Source: Pseudomonadaceae bacterium
Lineage (GTDB): Bacteria > Pseudomonadota > Alphaproteobacteria > UBA2136 > UBA6156
Assembly (NCBI GenBank): GCA_024236095.1
Contig: JACKLD010000013.1
Span: forward strand, 142,368-206,367
Length of the DNA stretch: 64,000 bases
Direction of reading: 5' to 3'
The notes under the pieces are model-generated. The model did no database searches. It was given only the letters and a program-made list of their open reading frames with translations, and was not told the DNA's origin. The translations under genes and the position numbers were made by a program. Shown one piece after another: positions 29,721-38,183 of the stretch. The stretch's first letter is position 1. Every line of letters begins with the position of its first letter.

Positions 29721-30347
29721 ATGCCCCACGAAACCCTCCGCCAAATGGCCGCCCGTGTTGACAACACTGAAGGTGATGCTGTCCGTCGTCGTCTTGGCTG
29801 CGAAGCTGCTGCCCGACTTGCCGTTGTTGCTGGTGGCAACCGCCGGCCGGTGGACGTGGCTACGGCTATAGCCGACACGCAATACCCCCAAGTTCAGCCG
29901 TTTGTCGATTGGGTGCAGGCGCAGGGGCGGAGACATATAGCTCTCAACAAGAGATGGGCGATGTACCTTGTACGGGAATACTCAGAAATTAGCGGTTCAT
30001 TGACAGGGATTTTGTCATACCATGATGACCAGCTTGTCACCAAACTGGCGTCTGGCCAGAGTAACTTGAACTTAAATCGTGTGAGAGACGCACACGAAAT
30101 GGTGAGGCTGGTTGAAGATAGCCTCATGGCGGTAAGTCATTTCAAACAATATCCGGGGGACGAACTCGACACCCGCTTGGCCGACCGTATCGCAGGCATT
30201 CGGGAACGCTTTGTTAACAGGACTGAAAGTTATAGTGCTTTGACAGCATTGCTTGTTCAAGATATCAAACGGCGCATGGAGCCGAACCGTGGCGTGCTTA
30301 ACAAGAACGATGCATTAGCCCAGCAGTTATGGGGAACGCGCGGTTAA
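29721..30347 (+). CDS. Hypothetical protein (208 aa); high-GC 5' third, about 48%-GC 3' two-thirds
   Basis: RBS aaggag 9 nt before ATG 29721; no recognisable domain; divergent from flgK. Confidence 0.5.
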   Translation: MPHETLRQMAARVDNTEGDAVRRRLGCEAAARLAVVAGGNRRPVDVATAIADTQYPQVQPFVDWVQAQGRRHIALNKRWAMYLVREYSEISGSLTGILSYHDDQLVTKLASGQSNLNLNRVRDAHEMVRLVEDSLMAVSHFKQYPGDELDTRLADRIAGIRERFVNRTESYSALTALLVQDIKRRMEPNRGVLNKNDALAQQLWGTRG

Positions 30348-30453
30348 CGTCAGGCAACGCATAAATCGCCCAATCCGCTACCAAGGGCCTTGTTGGCCCT
30401 TGTTTGTTTTGCTAGGTTGCGGCCATAGCACCTTGCCAAGAAAGAACAATGCC

Positions 30454-30993
30454 ATGGCCAAACCGTCTTCCAAGCCAACCGCCAGTGCCTCCGACGTGGA
30501 CGCCGACCGCCGCAAGTTTCTGGTGGGTACCACGGCTGCGGTAGGCGCGGTAGGTGCCGCCTGTTGCGCGGTGCCGTTTGTCGGCAGCATGGCGCCCAGC
30601 CGCGATGTCGCGGCGCAGGCCACGGTAGACATCAATCTAAGTGAGATCCCCGAAGGCGAAGCCAAAACCTATTTGTGGCAGGGCAAGCCGGTGTTCGTCT
30701 GGCACCGCAATGCCGCACAGATTGCCGCCGCAAAGGCGGGCGACACCACCAGCACCATGGACCCCGAGCCCGACGCCAAGCGTGTGCAAAAGCCGGAATG
30801 GCTTGTGGTTCTGGGCATTTGCACCCACTTGGGCTGCGTGCCTATCCGCAATGACGAAGTGGGCGGCTGGCGTTGCCCCTGCCACGGCAGCCAGTTCGAT
30901 GTCAGCGGCCGCGTCATTCATGGGCCTGCAGGCACCAACCTGCACATTCCGCCCTACACGTTTGTTGACGATAACACCCTCCGTATCGGCTAA
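30454..30993 (+). CDS. petA: Ubiquinol-cytochrome c reductase Rieske iron-sulfur subunit
   Basis: Tat-like [18 protein letters not shown]; CTHLGCVP...CPCHGSQF Rieske boxes; inside listed ORF 30400..30993. Confidence 0.92.
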   Translation: MAKPSSKPTASASDVDADRRKFLVGTTAAVGAVGAACCAVPFVGSMAPSRDVAAQATVDINLSEIPEGEAKTYLWQGKPVFVWHRNAAQIAAAKAGDTTSTMDPEPDAKRVQKPEWLVVLGICTHLGCVPIRNDEVGGWRCPCHGSQFDVSGRVIHGPAGTNLHIPPYTFVDDNTLRIG

Positions 30994-31007
30994 GGAAAGC
31001 AACCCCC

Positions 31008-32228
31008 ATGGCATCCCTCAAACCCAAGGCCGTCGAGCAGAACATCACCCGCAACCCGCTGAAATGGTTTGATGACCGCCTGCCGCTGGTTTCGCTCATC
31101 AACAACTCGGTGGGCCGCAACTTCCCCGCGCCGAAGAATCTCAACTACATGTGGAATTTCGGCAGTCTGGCGGGCATCGCGCTGGTTATCCAAATCCTCA
31201 CCGGCCTGTTTCTGGCCATGCATTACAAGGCCGACGTGGCGCTGGCGTTTGATAGTGTCCAGCACATCATGCGCAACGTGCAGTGGGGTTGGCTGATCCG
31301 CAACCTGCACATGGTGGGGGCCAGTTTCTTCTTCATCGTGGTGTACGTGCATATGGCGCGGGGGCTGTATTACGGCAGCTACAAAAGCCCGCGTGAAGTG
31401 CTTTGGGGTATCGGTGTCATCATCTTCCTCATCATGATGGCCACCGCCTTCATGGGCTACGTGCTGCCGTGGGGGCAAATGAGCTATTGGGGCGCCACCG
31501 TCATCACCAACCTGCTGTCGGTCATCCCGTTTGTGGGCGACGAGGTGGTGGTGTGGATATGGGGCGGTTACAGCGTGGGCGACCCAACCCTGACCCGCTT
31601 TTACGCGCTACACTTTTTGCTGCCGTTCGTGATTGTCGGCATTGTCATTCTGCACATCTGGGCGCTGCACGAGCACAAGAGCAACAACCCCACGGGGCTG
31701 GATTTGCAAGATGAAAAAGACTTCATCCCCTTCCATCCGTATTACACGGTCAAGGACATCTTCGGCCTCGGCGTGTACCTCATCGCCTTTGCCCTCATGG
31801 TGTTTTACGCGCCGGATTATCTGGGCCACACCGACAACTATATCCCCGCCAATCCGCTGGTGACGCCTGCGCACATCGTGCCGGAATGGTATTTCTTGCC
31901 GTTCTACGCCATTTTGCGCGCCATCCCCATCAAGGAGCTTGGCGTGGTGGCGATGTTCGGCAGCATCCTCATCCTGTTCGTGCTGCCATGGCTGGATAGT
32001 AGCCGCGTGCGCAGCGCCCGTTACCGCCCGCTATACCGTTCCTTGTACTGGGTGTTTTTGCTGAACTTTCTTGTTCTCGGCTGGGTGGGCAGCAAACCGC
32101 CGGAAGGCATTTACGTGCTCATCGCCCGCTTTGCCACCGCGTACTACTTCCTGTTCTTCGCCCTGCTGCCGGTGGTCGCACGGGTGGAAAAGACCAGAAA
32201 ACTTCCCAAAACCATTGATGAGGCTTAA
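31008..32228 (+). CDS. petB: Cytochrome b
   Basis: 406 aa; conserved haem-ligand histidines and the PEWY motif ([16 protein letters not shown]). Confidence 0.95.
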   Translation: MASLKPKAVEQNITRNPLKWFDDRLPLVSLINNSVGRNFPAPKNLNYMWNFGSLAGIALVIQILTGLFLAMHYKADVALAFDSVQHIMRNVQWGWLIRNLHMVGASFFFIVVYVHMARGLYYGSYKSPREVLWGIGVIIFLIMMATAFMGYVLPWGQMSYWGATVITNLLSVIPFVGDEVVVWIWGGYSVGDPTLTRFYALHFLLPFVIVGIVILHIWALHEHKSNNPTGLDLQDEKDFIPFHPYYTVKDIFGLGVYLIAFALMVFYAPDYLGHTDNYIPANPLVTPAHIVPEWYFLPFYAILRAIPIKELGVVAMFGSILILFVLPWLDSSRVRSARYRPLYRSLYWVFLLNFLVLGWVGSKPPEGIYVLIARFATAYYFLFFALLPVVARVEKTRKLPKTIDEA

Positions 32229-32232
32229 CCCC

Positions 32233-32952
32233 ATGCGCATGTTTGTTCTCCTCCTTGGCCTGTTGTTCCCGCTGGCCGTGGCGGCCGGTGAAGGCCCCGC
32301 CATCGCCAAACAGGACTGGGGCTTTGACGGCCTGCACGGGCAATATGACAAAGCCACCGTTTATCGCGGCTATCAGGTATTTACGCAGGTGTGCATGGCT
32401 TGCCACAGCGCCAAGTATGTCAGCCATGCCGACCTCGACCGCGCAGGCTTTACGCCGGAAGAAATCGCCGCCTTGGCCAAAAGCATGAACCTTACCACCA
32501 CCGACAAGCTGGTAAGCGGCCTCGCCCCCGCCGATGCGCAAGAGGTGTACGGCAAAGTGCCGCCCGACCTCTCGGTCATCACCAAGGCCCGCGCCGGTTT
32601 GGCCGACTACACCTACGCCGTGCTGACCGGTTACAGCGACGATGTGGAAGCCCTCGCCCACGCCTTCCCCAACAGCGAGGTGCCTGCCGGTGCCTACTTC
32701 AACACCGCCTTTGCAGGGTACGCCATCGCCATGCCCAATCCGCTGCCCAACGCCGACATGGTCACCTACACCGACGGAACCCCTGCCACCGTGCCGCAAA
32801 TGGCCCATGACGTCACCGTCTTCCTGCAATGGGCCGCCGAGCCGGAGCTGATTGAGCGCAAGCATTTGGGCGTGTATGTGCTGCTGTTCCTTGCCATCTT
32901 CACCTTGCTGGCTTACCTGACCAAGAAGGCGATTTGGAGGGATGTGCATTGA
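32233..32952 (+). CDS. petC: Cytochrome c1
   Basis: Signal peptide MRMFVLLLGLLFPLAVAA; CMACHS haem site; C-terminal membrane anchor; inside listed ORF 32071..32952. Confidence 0.9.
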   Translation: MRMFVLLLGLLFPLAVAAGEGPAIAKQDWGFDGLHGQYDKATVYRGYQVFTQVCMACHSAKYVSHADLDRAGFTPEEIAALAKSMNLTTTDKLVSGLAPADAQEVYGKVPPDLSVITKARAGLADYTYAVLTGYSDDVEALAHAFPNSEVPAGAYFNTAFAGYAIAMPNPLPNADMVTYTDGTPATVPQMAHDVTVFLQWAAEPELIERKHLGVYVLLFLAIFTLLAYLTKKAIWRDVH

Positions 32953-33407
32953 TGCAGGTTGTGGATGACCGCCCCATCAACTTCATTGAGCATATCTGGT
33001 GTTACCTGTCGCCGTTTTCGGCCCACCAGATTGATATCTGGGGCGAGTCTTTTCCCACGGTCGAGCATGCCTATCACTGGAAGCGTTATCTTCCTGGTCA
33101 GGCACGCACCAAGATCATGCAAACCAAAAGCCCGCTTGAATGCTTGCACGTTTCGCATCAGCTGAAAAAAGACCCGGCCTTGCTTGACCCTGCTTTTGAC
33201 AAAGACGCCGTGATGGAGGAGCTGTTTCGCGCCAAGTTGGACCAGCACCCCCACATTGCCGACGTTCTCAAATTGACGGGCGAGCGCGTATTGCTGAAAG
33301 AAATTTCCACCGACCCGTATTGGGGCACCGGCGCAGACGGCAAAGGGCTGAACAAAATGGGCGATTTGTGGATGAAATTGCGGAAAGAACTTACGGTTGC
33401 CTCATGA
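32952..33407 (+). CDS. NADAR-family protein (YbiA-like)
   Basis: FSAHQIDIWGESFPTVEHAYHWKRY...DPYWGTGADGKGLNKMGDLWMKLR; ATG overlaps the petC stop (TGATG). Confidence 0.8.
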   Translation: MQVVDDRPINFIEHIWCYLSPFSAHQIDIWGESFPTVEHAYHWKRYLPGQARTKIMQTKSPLECLHVSHQLKKDPALLDPAFDKDAVMEELFRAKLDQHPHIADVLKLTGERVLLKEISTDPYWGTGADGKGLNKMGDLWMKLRKELTVAS

Positions 33408-33964
33408 ACCCCCGCATCTACCTTGAAACCGAGCATTTTACCTTGCGGTTGCCGCATCCGGAGGATATTCGGGCGATGCAACTAGCGATTTCCATGAGCC
33501 TGCCGGAACTGGCGCGCTGGATGCCCCGCGCGCTGAAAGGCCAAACCCAGAAGCAAACACGGGATTACATCTACACGCAAATGGCGTTGTTCGTGCAGGA
33601 TGAGAATTACCTCTTCGGCATGTTCGGCAAGGAAAGCGGGGCCTTTTTGGGCAGTGTGGAGCTGGGCGTGCGGATTCCAAAAATTCCCAGTTACGAAGTC
33701 GGGTTTTGGGTGCGCAGCGATGTGACCGGCAAAGGCTATGCCCGCGAGGCGGTGGCCGCCGTCACCGACTATGCGTTTGACAAACTGAAGGCCAAGCGGG
33801 TGTTTTTGCGTTGCGAGGCCGACAACATCGGCAGCCAAAAAGTGGCCGAAGCCTGTGGCTTTACCAAAGAAGCCCACCTGCGCAACGATGCCTTGGCGGT
33901 CGACAACCGCACCCCAGTCGATACGCTGGTGTACGGCATGGTACCGGAGATGCACGGTGCGTAA
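33404..33964 (+). CDS. GNAT-family N-acetyltransferase (RimJ/RimL-like)
   Basis: VGFWVRSDVTGKGYAREAVAAVTDYAFDKLKAKRVFLRCEADNIGSQKVAEACGF; ATG overlaps the NADAR stop (ATGA). Confidence 0.8.
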   Translation: MNPRIYLETEHFTLRLPHPEDIRAMQLAISMSLPELARWMPRALKGQTQKQTRDYIYTQMALFVQDENYLFGMFGKESGAFLGSVELGVRIPKIPSYEVGFWVRSDVTGKGYAREAVAAVTDYAFDKLKAKRVFLRCEADNIGSQKVAEACGFTKEAHLRNDALAVDNRTPVDTLVYGMVPEMHGA

Positions 33965-33986
33965 ACGGATTGAGCCCGGCTGGCGG

Positions 33987-34547
33987 ATGACGGTGGCGCA
34001 ACTGGTCTTGCGTCTCATGTTCGGTCGCACATGGCATTACATTTCCCCATGGAAAAAGGCGGGTGCGGCATCCATTCTGTTGGCGCTACATCGCGGAAAG
34101 GTGCTTTTAGGGCAACGGAAGGGCAACATAGAGTTCACCGGGTGTTGGAGCGGGTTAGGGGGTTTTGTCGAACTGGCCCAACGGGAGGGCTTTTCCGATG
34201 GGTTATGCCGCGAACTGCACGAGGAAACCGGACGCGAAATTCCGCCAGAAGCCTTCCCGCCCCACCCGACGCGAGTATACCTCAAGTACGGGCAAGAAAA
34301 ACTGGAAGAAGCCGACTGTGCGGTGATTGTAGCGCACTACGTGGTGCAGGTTGGGGAAGACTTTGCCGAGACCTTGGCCCCGCAAGAGGAGACGGGGGGC
34401 TTTCGCTGGTTTGACGAAGCGGAATGCATGGCGATGATTGCCGATGGGCGCATCCCGCCGGATTTTTACGACTTGCACGACTCGCTGCGCGAAACCTTTG
34501 CCGCCTTGCGGAAGGGGAAAGAGTTTCCTTTGTTGAAAGTAGCCTAG
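33987..34547 (+). CDS. Nudix hydrolase
   Basis: Canonical Nudix box GGFVELAQREGFSDGLCRELHEETG; ATG 33987 inside listed ORF 33855..34547. Confidence 0.75.
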   Translation: MTVAQLVLRLMFGRTWHYISPWKKAGAASILLALHRGKVLLGQRKGNIEFTGCWSGLGGFVELAQREGFSDGLCRELHEETGREIPPEAFPPHPTRVYLKYGQEKLEEADCAVIVAHYVVQVGEDFAETLAPQEETGGFRWFDEAECMAMIADGRIPPDFYDLHDSLRETFAALRKGKEFPLLKVA

Positions 34548-34828
34548 CGCGCCAGGGCTGCTAAAACCCTGTCGGCAGACGGCGTACCACCGTTTTCCAC
34601 CGCAATTGTCATGCCGGGAAACTCTTCTTCCACCCGCGCCTTCAGCACATGACCGTCGCTGCTATCCGTTTGCATGGTTGGGCGGGCAGTAAAGCGCGTA
34701 CCGTTGATGGTGGCGGTGAGGGGCTGCCCCAGTGCGTTGGCCACTTCGGTGAGGCGTGGCATCACCTCACGGGGCGAGGGCGTACTTGTCATTGCAGTAT
34801 CACTCTTCACACGTGCATGGATATTCAT
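34544..34828 (-). CDS. Hypothetical protein (94 aa) downstream of rsmD
   Basis: ORF only. Confidence 0.3.
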   Translation of the reverse strand: MNIHARVKSDTAMTSTPSPREVMPRLTEVANALGQPLTATINGTRFTARPTMQTDSSDGHVLKARVEEEFPGMTIAVENGGTPSADRVLAALAR

Positions 34829-34934
34829 GGCAAGGCCCTCCTCAAACTTGGTGATGGTGGAACGACACAGGGAACATCCCCGCCTCTGCTACCTCATATA
34901 GGCCCCCTTGGCCGCGCCATCAACCCCGGCGGGG

Positions 34935-35477
34935 TCAAAAAGTCTGCCCGATGACGATTTTGCTGACGCCGTAACGCTTCTCGGCCACGTTGTGCAGCAG
35001 GGTTACATCCAGTTCTTCGGCGGTGCCGACTTCCAGCGCCCACCACGCGCCCTTGGCGGCCAGCGTGCCCGCCCGCGCCAGCAACCCTTGCACAAGGCCG
35101 CTGCCATAGGGCGGGTCGGCCAGCACCACGTCCAGCGGGGCAGGGGGCCGCCACGTGACGGCATCGGTCGCTATCACCTGTACCCGTGCATCACCGTCCA
35201 GCCCCAGTGCCGTTACGTTGCGGCGCACCGCCCTCACATCCTTGTCAACCAACCACACCTGTGCGGCCCCGCGAGACAGCGCCTCCAGGCCCCAAGCTCC
35301 GCTGCCGCAGCAAATGTCGGCCACCGCCAACCCGTGCCAATCCAAGCGGCTGCCCAATGTATTGAACACCGCCTGGCGCACCCGCTCCCGCGTAGGGCGC
35401 ACCGCCGCGTCATCGGGCAGCAGCAGCTTCTTGCCTTTCAGGCTGCCGGTGATGACGCGGGTTTCAGGCTTGTGCAT
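34935..35477 (-). CDS. rsmD: 16S rRNA (guanine966-N2)-methyltransferase RsmD
   Basis: RVITGSLKGKKL...PTRERVRQAVFN...DICCGSGAWGLEALSRGA...LADPPY. Confidence 0.88.
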   Translation of the reverse strand: MHKPETRVITGSLKGKKLLLPDDAAVRPTRERVRQAVFNTLGSRLDWHGLAVADICCGSGAWGLEALSRGAAQVWLVDKDVRAVRRNVTALGLDGDARVQVIATDAVTWRPPAPLDVVLADPPYGSGLVQGLLARAGTLAAKGAWWALEVGTAEELDVTLLHNVAEKRYGVSKIVIGQTF

Positions 35478-35607
35478 GATGCCCCTGCCTGCATAAGTGG
35501 AAACGGGGGTGCAGGGAGCGGAAGACCCCTGCCGCCGCAGGCGTCATCCCCGCCCCGTGTTTATGCCACACCACCCAAAGACGGACAGCGGGGATCCATT
35601 GCGGTGT

Positions 35608-35640
35608 CAAGCTGGATTCCCGCTTTCGCGGGAATGACGC
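35608..35640 (-). repeat. dRS3/NIME-like repeat, copy 3 (reverse complement of 12793-12825: caagctggATTCCCgctttcgcGGGAATgacgc)
   Basis: Exact 33-bp reverse-complement match. Confidence 0.8.
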
Positions 35641-35686
35641 GGGTGGGTAAGAAGTTATAAAATCAGCCATATCGTCATGAAATGCC

Positions 35687-36433
35687 TCAAACGTCTTTGG
35701 TCTGCACAGTGGCTGCCTCAAACAACCCCATCAATTGCTTCACCTCAAACGGCTTGAGTTCACTCACCATGCCCGGTTGCAGGTTGCCGAGGCTGAACGG
35801 GCCGTAATCGGTGCGCAGCAAACGGCTGACCATGATGCCAAATGCCCCGAACAGCTTACGGATTTCACGGTTTTTGCCTTCGGAGAGAGTCACGTTGTAC
35901 CAGACATTGCGGCCTTTGCCGCCGGTGTGGGTTATCTTGGCGCCAGCGTATTTGACACCATCCACCGTCATGCCGCGCCGGATTTTGGCCAGTTGCCACT
36001 CTTCCAGCGCGCCGTACACCCGCACCTTGTAGTGACGCTCGTAGCCCGCGCCGCTGGGGCGCATCAGCCATTGGGCGAGGTCGCCGTTGGTGGTCAGTAG
36101 CAGCAGCCCTTCGCTGTTGATGTCCAGCCGCCCTACCGGCACCACGCGGGGCATGCCGTCGGGCAGCGCCTTGTTGAGGGTTTTGCGGCCCTTTTCATCC
36201 TTGCTGGAAACAATCACCCCGGTAGGCTTATAGTACACGAACACCCGCGTGCGCTTGGGCTTTTCTGCCAACATGCCGTCCACCGTCACCAGATCGTTGT
36301 CACCTACCAGATGCGCGGGGGTGGTGAGCACCTCGTTGTTGACCGCCACGCGGCCTTCTTCGATCATGCGTTCGGCCTCGCGGCGGCTGGCGACACCACA
36401 GGCGGAGAGATATTTGGCAATACGTTCTTGCAT
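35687..36433 (-). CDS. Pseudouridine synthase, RsuA/RluB family, with S4 domain
   Basis: MQERIAKYLSACGVASRREAERMIEEGRV (S4)...VVPVGRLDINSEGLLLLTNDG catalytic motif; start at 36433 inside listed ORF 35687..36487. Confidence 0.85.
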   Translation of the reverse strand: MQERIAKYLSACGVASRREAERMIEEGRVAVNNEVLTTPAHLVGDNDLVTVDGMLAEKPKRTRVFVYYKPTGVIVSSKDEKGRKTLNKALPDGMPRVVPVGRLDINSEGLLLLTTNGDLAQWLMRPSGAGYERHYKVRVYGALEEWQLAKIRRGMTVDGVKYAGAKITHTGGKGRNVWYNVTLSEGKNREIRKLFGAFGIMVSRLLRTDYGPFSLGNLQPGMVSELKPFEVKQLMGLFEAATVQTKDV

Positions 36434-36464
36434 GCCGCTTATATAGGCATATACGCGGCAAAAG

Positions 36465-37169
36465 TCACGCGCTCTTTGCGGCGGCAATTAACCCCTCAAA
36501 CAACGCGCGGTCAGGGCTGCCTTCGTGCATGAAGAACTCCGGGTGCCATTGTACGCCCAAGGCAAAGGGGTGGTTAACCAGTTCAATCGCTTCAATCACC
36601 CCGTCCGGCGCGGTGGCCACCACGCGGGCGGCGGGGCCCACGTGCGCCACCGCTTCGTTATGGTGGCTGTTTACCTGCATCTCGCGCTGGCCGGTCAGTT
36701 TGTGTAACAGGCTGCCTTCCGTCACCGTCACGCTGTGGGCGTAGTTTGTGGGCTCGGTGCCGCGATGCTCGGTGCAACCGGGGTGTTCGTCTTTCACCCG
36801 CAAATACAGCTTGCCGCCGCTGGCCACGCCCAGCGTTTGCATGCCCGCGCAAATACCCAACAGCGGGGTTTTGCGCGCCATCATCTTGCCAATGAACGCA
36901 ATGTCGACATCCGGCCGCGGGTGGTGCGGATGCTCGTTGGGCTTGACGTACCATGCCGCAGGCGTGGGGTAATCGCCGCCGGGGACAATCATGCCGCCGA
37001 CCATATCAAGGTAGGCATCCTGGCTTTCCAACTGGTAGGGGATGGCGATGGGCAGACCGCCCGCCGCATATACCGCGTGGAAATAACTGTCGCGCAGCGC
37101 ATAATGCGGACGCTTGGAAAAACTTCCATGTTCTTGCCAATCCAAGGTAATGCCGATGACGGGGCGCAT
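36465..37169 (-). CDS. Class I glutamine amidotransferase-like hydrolase (gamma-glutamyl-GABA hydrolase PuuD family)
   Basis: PLLGICAGMQTLGVA...QWHPE catalytic triad context. Confidence 0.85.
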   Translation of the reverse strand: MRPVIGITLDWQEHGSFSKRPHYALRDSYFHAVYAAGGLPIAIPYQLESQDAYLDMVGGMIVPGGDYPTPAAWYVKPNEHPHHPRPDVDIAFIGKMMARKTPLLGICAGMQTLGVASGGKLYLRVKDEHPGCTEHRGTEPTNYAHSVTVTEGSLLHKLTGQREMQVNSHHNEAVAHVGPAARVVATAPDGVIEAIELVNHPFALGVQWHPEFFMHEGSPDRALFEGLIAAAKSA

Positions 37170-37226
37170 ACCTTATGGCTACGCCAACCTTGGCGTTGGC
37201 GCAAGGCCGTGCTAATGCCTTGGGCA

Positions 37227-37682
37227 ATGAGTGATCTCCATACCCGCATGATGCAGCTGGCGCTGTCCGAAGCGCGCAATGCGGCGACGGTGGGCGAAGT
37301 ACCCATCGGCGCAGTGGTTTATACCGCCGACGGCACGGTGTTGGCCAAAGCCCACAATCAACCGCAAGCCATGGCCGATGCCACCGCCCATGCCGAGCTG
37401 TTGGCCGCCCGTGGGGCGTTGGCGATGCGTATGCCCGCCACGCCGTACCTCGATGATTGCTATATTGCCGTGACGTTGGAGCCTTGTGCGATGTGCGCCC
37501 AAGCCCTCAGCTGGTTGCGGGTGAAAGCGATTTATTTCGGGGCGTATGACGTCAAATCCGGCGGGGTGGAAAACGGCGCACAGGTGCTGAAACACGCCCA
37601 CCACAAGCCCGAGGTTATCGGCGGCCTGTGCGAAGTAGAATGCGCGGAATTGATGAAAGACTTCTTCGCCAAGCGGCGCTGA
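37227..37682 (+). CDS. tadA: tRNA-specific adenosine deaminase TadA
   Basis: HAELLA...PCAMCAQAL zinc-binding deaminase motifs; ATG 37227 (alternative 37215) inside listed ORF 36735..37682. Confidence 0.85.
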   Translation: MSDLHTRMMQLALSEARNAATVGEVPIGAVVYTADGTVLAKAHNQPQAMADATAHAELLAARGALAMRMPATPYLDDCYIAVTLEPCAMCAQALSWLRVKAIYFGAYDVKSGGVENGAQVLKHAHHKPEVIGGLCEVECAELMKDFFAKRR

Positions 37683-37689
37683 TACTCGC

Positions 37690-37800
37690 TTACCAAGCCT
37701 TGATGTCCGGCGTTTCAATCGGCGGCAAACGCTCCAACTGCGGACCACTCGCGCAACCGGCCAGCACACAAGCAATAAGGGCAAACCACAGGCGTGTCAT
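37690..37800 (-). CDS. Unlisted 36-aa putative lipoprotein MTRLWFALIACVLAGCASGPQLERLPPIETPDIKAW
   Basis: Found by manual minus-strand translation; lipobox LAGC; lies 10 nt downstream of the 122-aa ORF after rpoD; weak RBS. Confidence 0.3.
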   Translation of the reverse strand: MTRLWFALIACVLAGCASGPQLERLPPIETPDIKAW

Positions 37801-37809
37801 GCCTGCTGT

Positions 37810-38178
37810 TTACCCGTGGCCATGGGGTCTGTCCAGCGGGGGGAGGGAAAATATCCGCGCAGGTGGCACCGTTGCAGCAAGGTAGAAGGGGATGCCGGCT
37901 GGCATGTCGGTCAGCGGCCCCGCCATTACCAGTCCGTTCACTTCATGCACCCAGTGCCGCACGCCATCTACGTTGGCGATAACCGGACGGCGGCCATAGC
38001 GGGCCAATAAACTTTCCAGCGTACCGTTGAAATTGAGCGTCTCCCCCAAATGGGCGGAAGCCATGCTTTCCAGCAGTGGGGGGAGATGACGCATGGAAAG
38101 CTGGTGCGAAAGACGCACCAGCTCCAAAGCCGTGGCCGACACATGCCGTTTCAGGTCACGGACATGCGTCTGCAACAT
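37810..38178 (-). CDS. Hypothetical protein (122 aa) translationally coupled to the rpoD stop
   Basis: ORF starts 6 nt before the rpoD stop; no recognisable motif. Confidence 0.5.
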   Translation of the reverse strand: MLQTHVRDLKRHVSATALELVRLSHQLSMRHLPPLLESMASAHLGETLNFNGTLESLLARYGRRPVIANVDGVRHWVHEVNGLVMAGPLTDMPAGIPFYLAATVPPARIFSLPPLDRPHGHG

Positions 38179-38183
38179 GGCTG

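Noticed and set aside
29540-29878. 112-aa ORF, and the 126-aa ORF at 62029..62409, with identical C-termini
   Set aside because: Both arise from reading through the 157-bp repeat; the shared tail is a repeat artefact, not a gene family.
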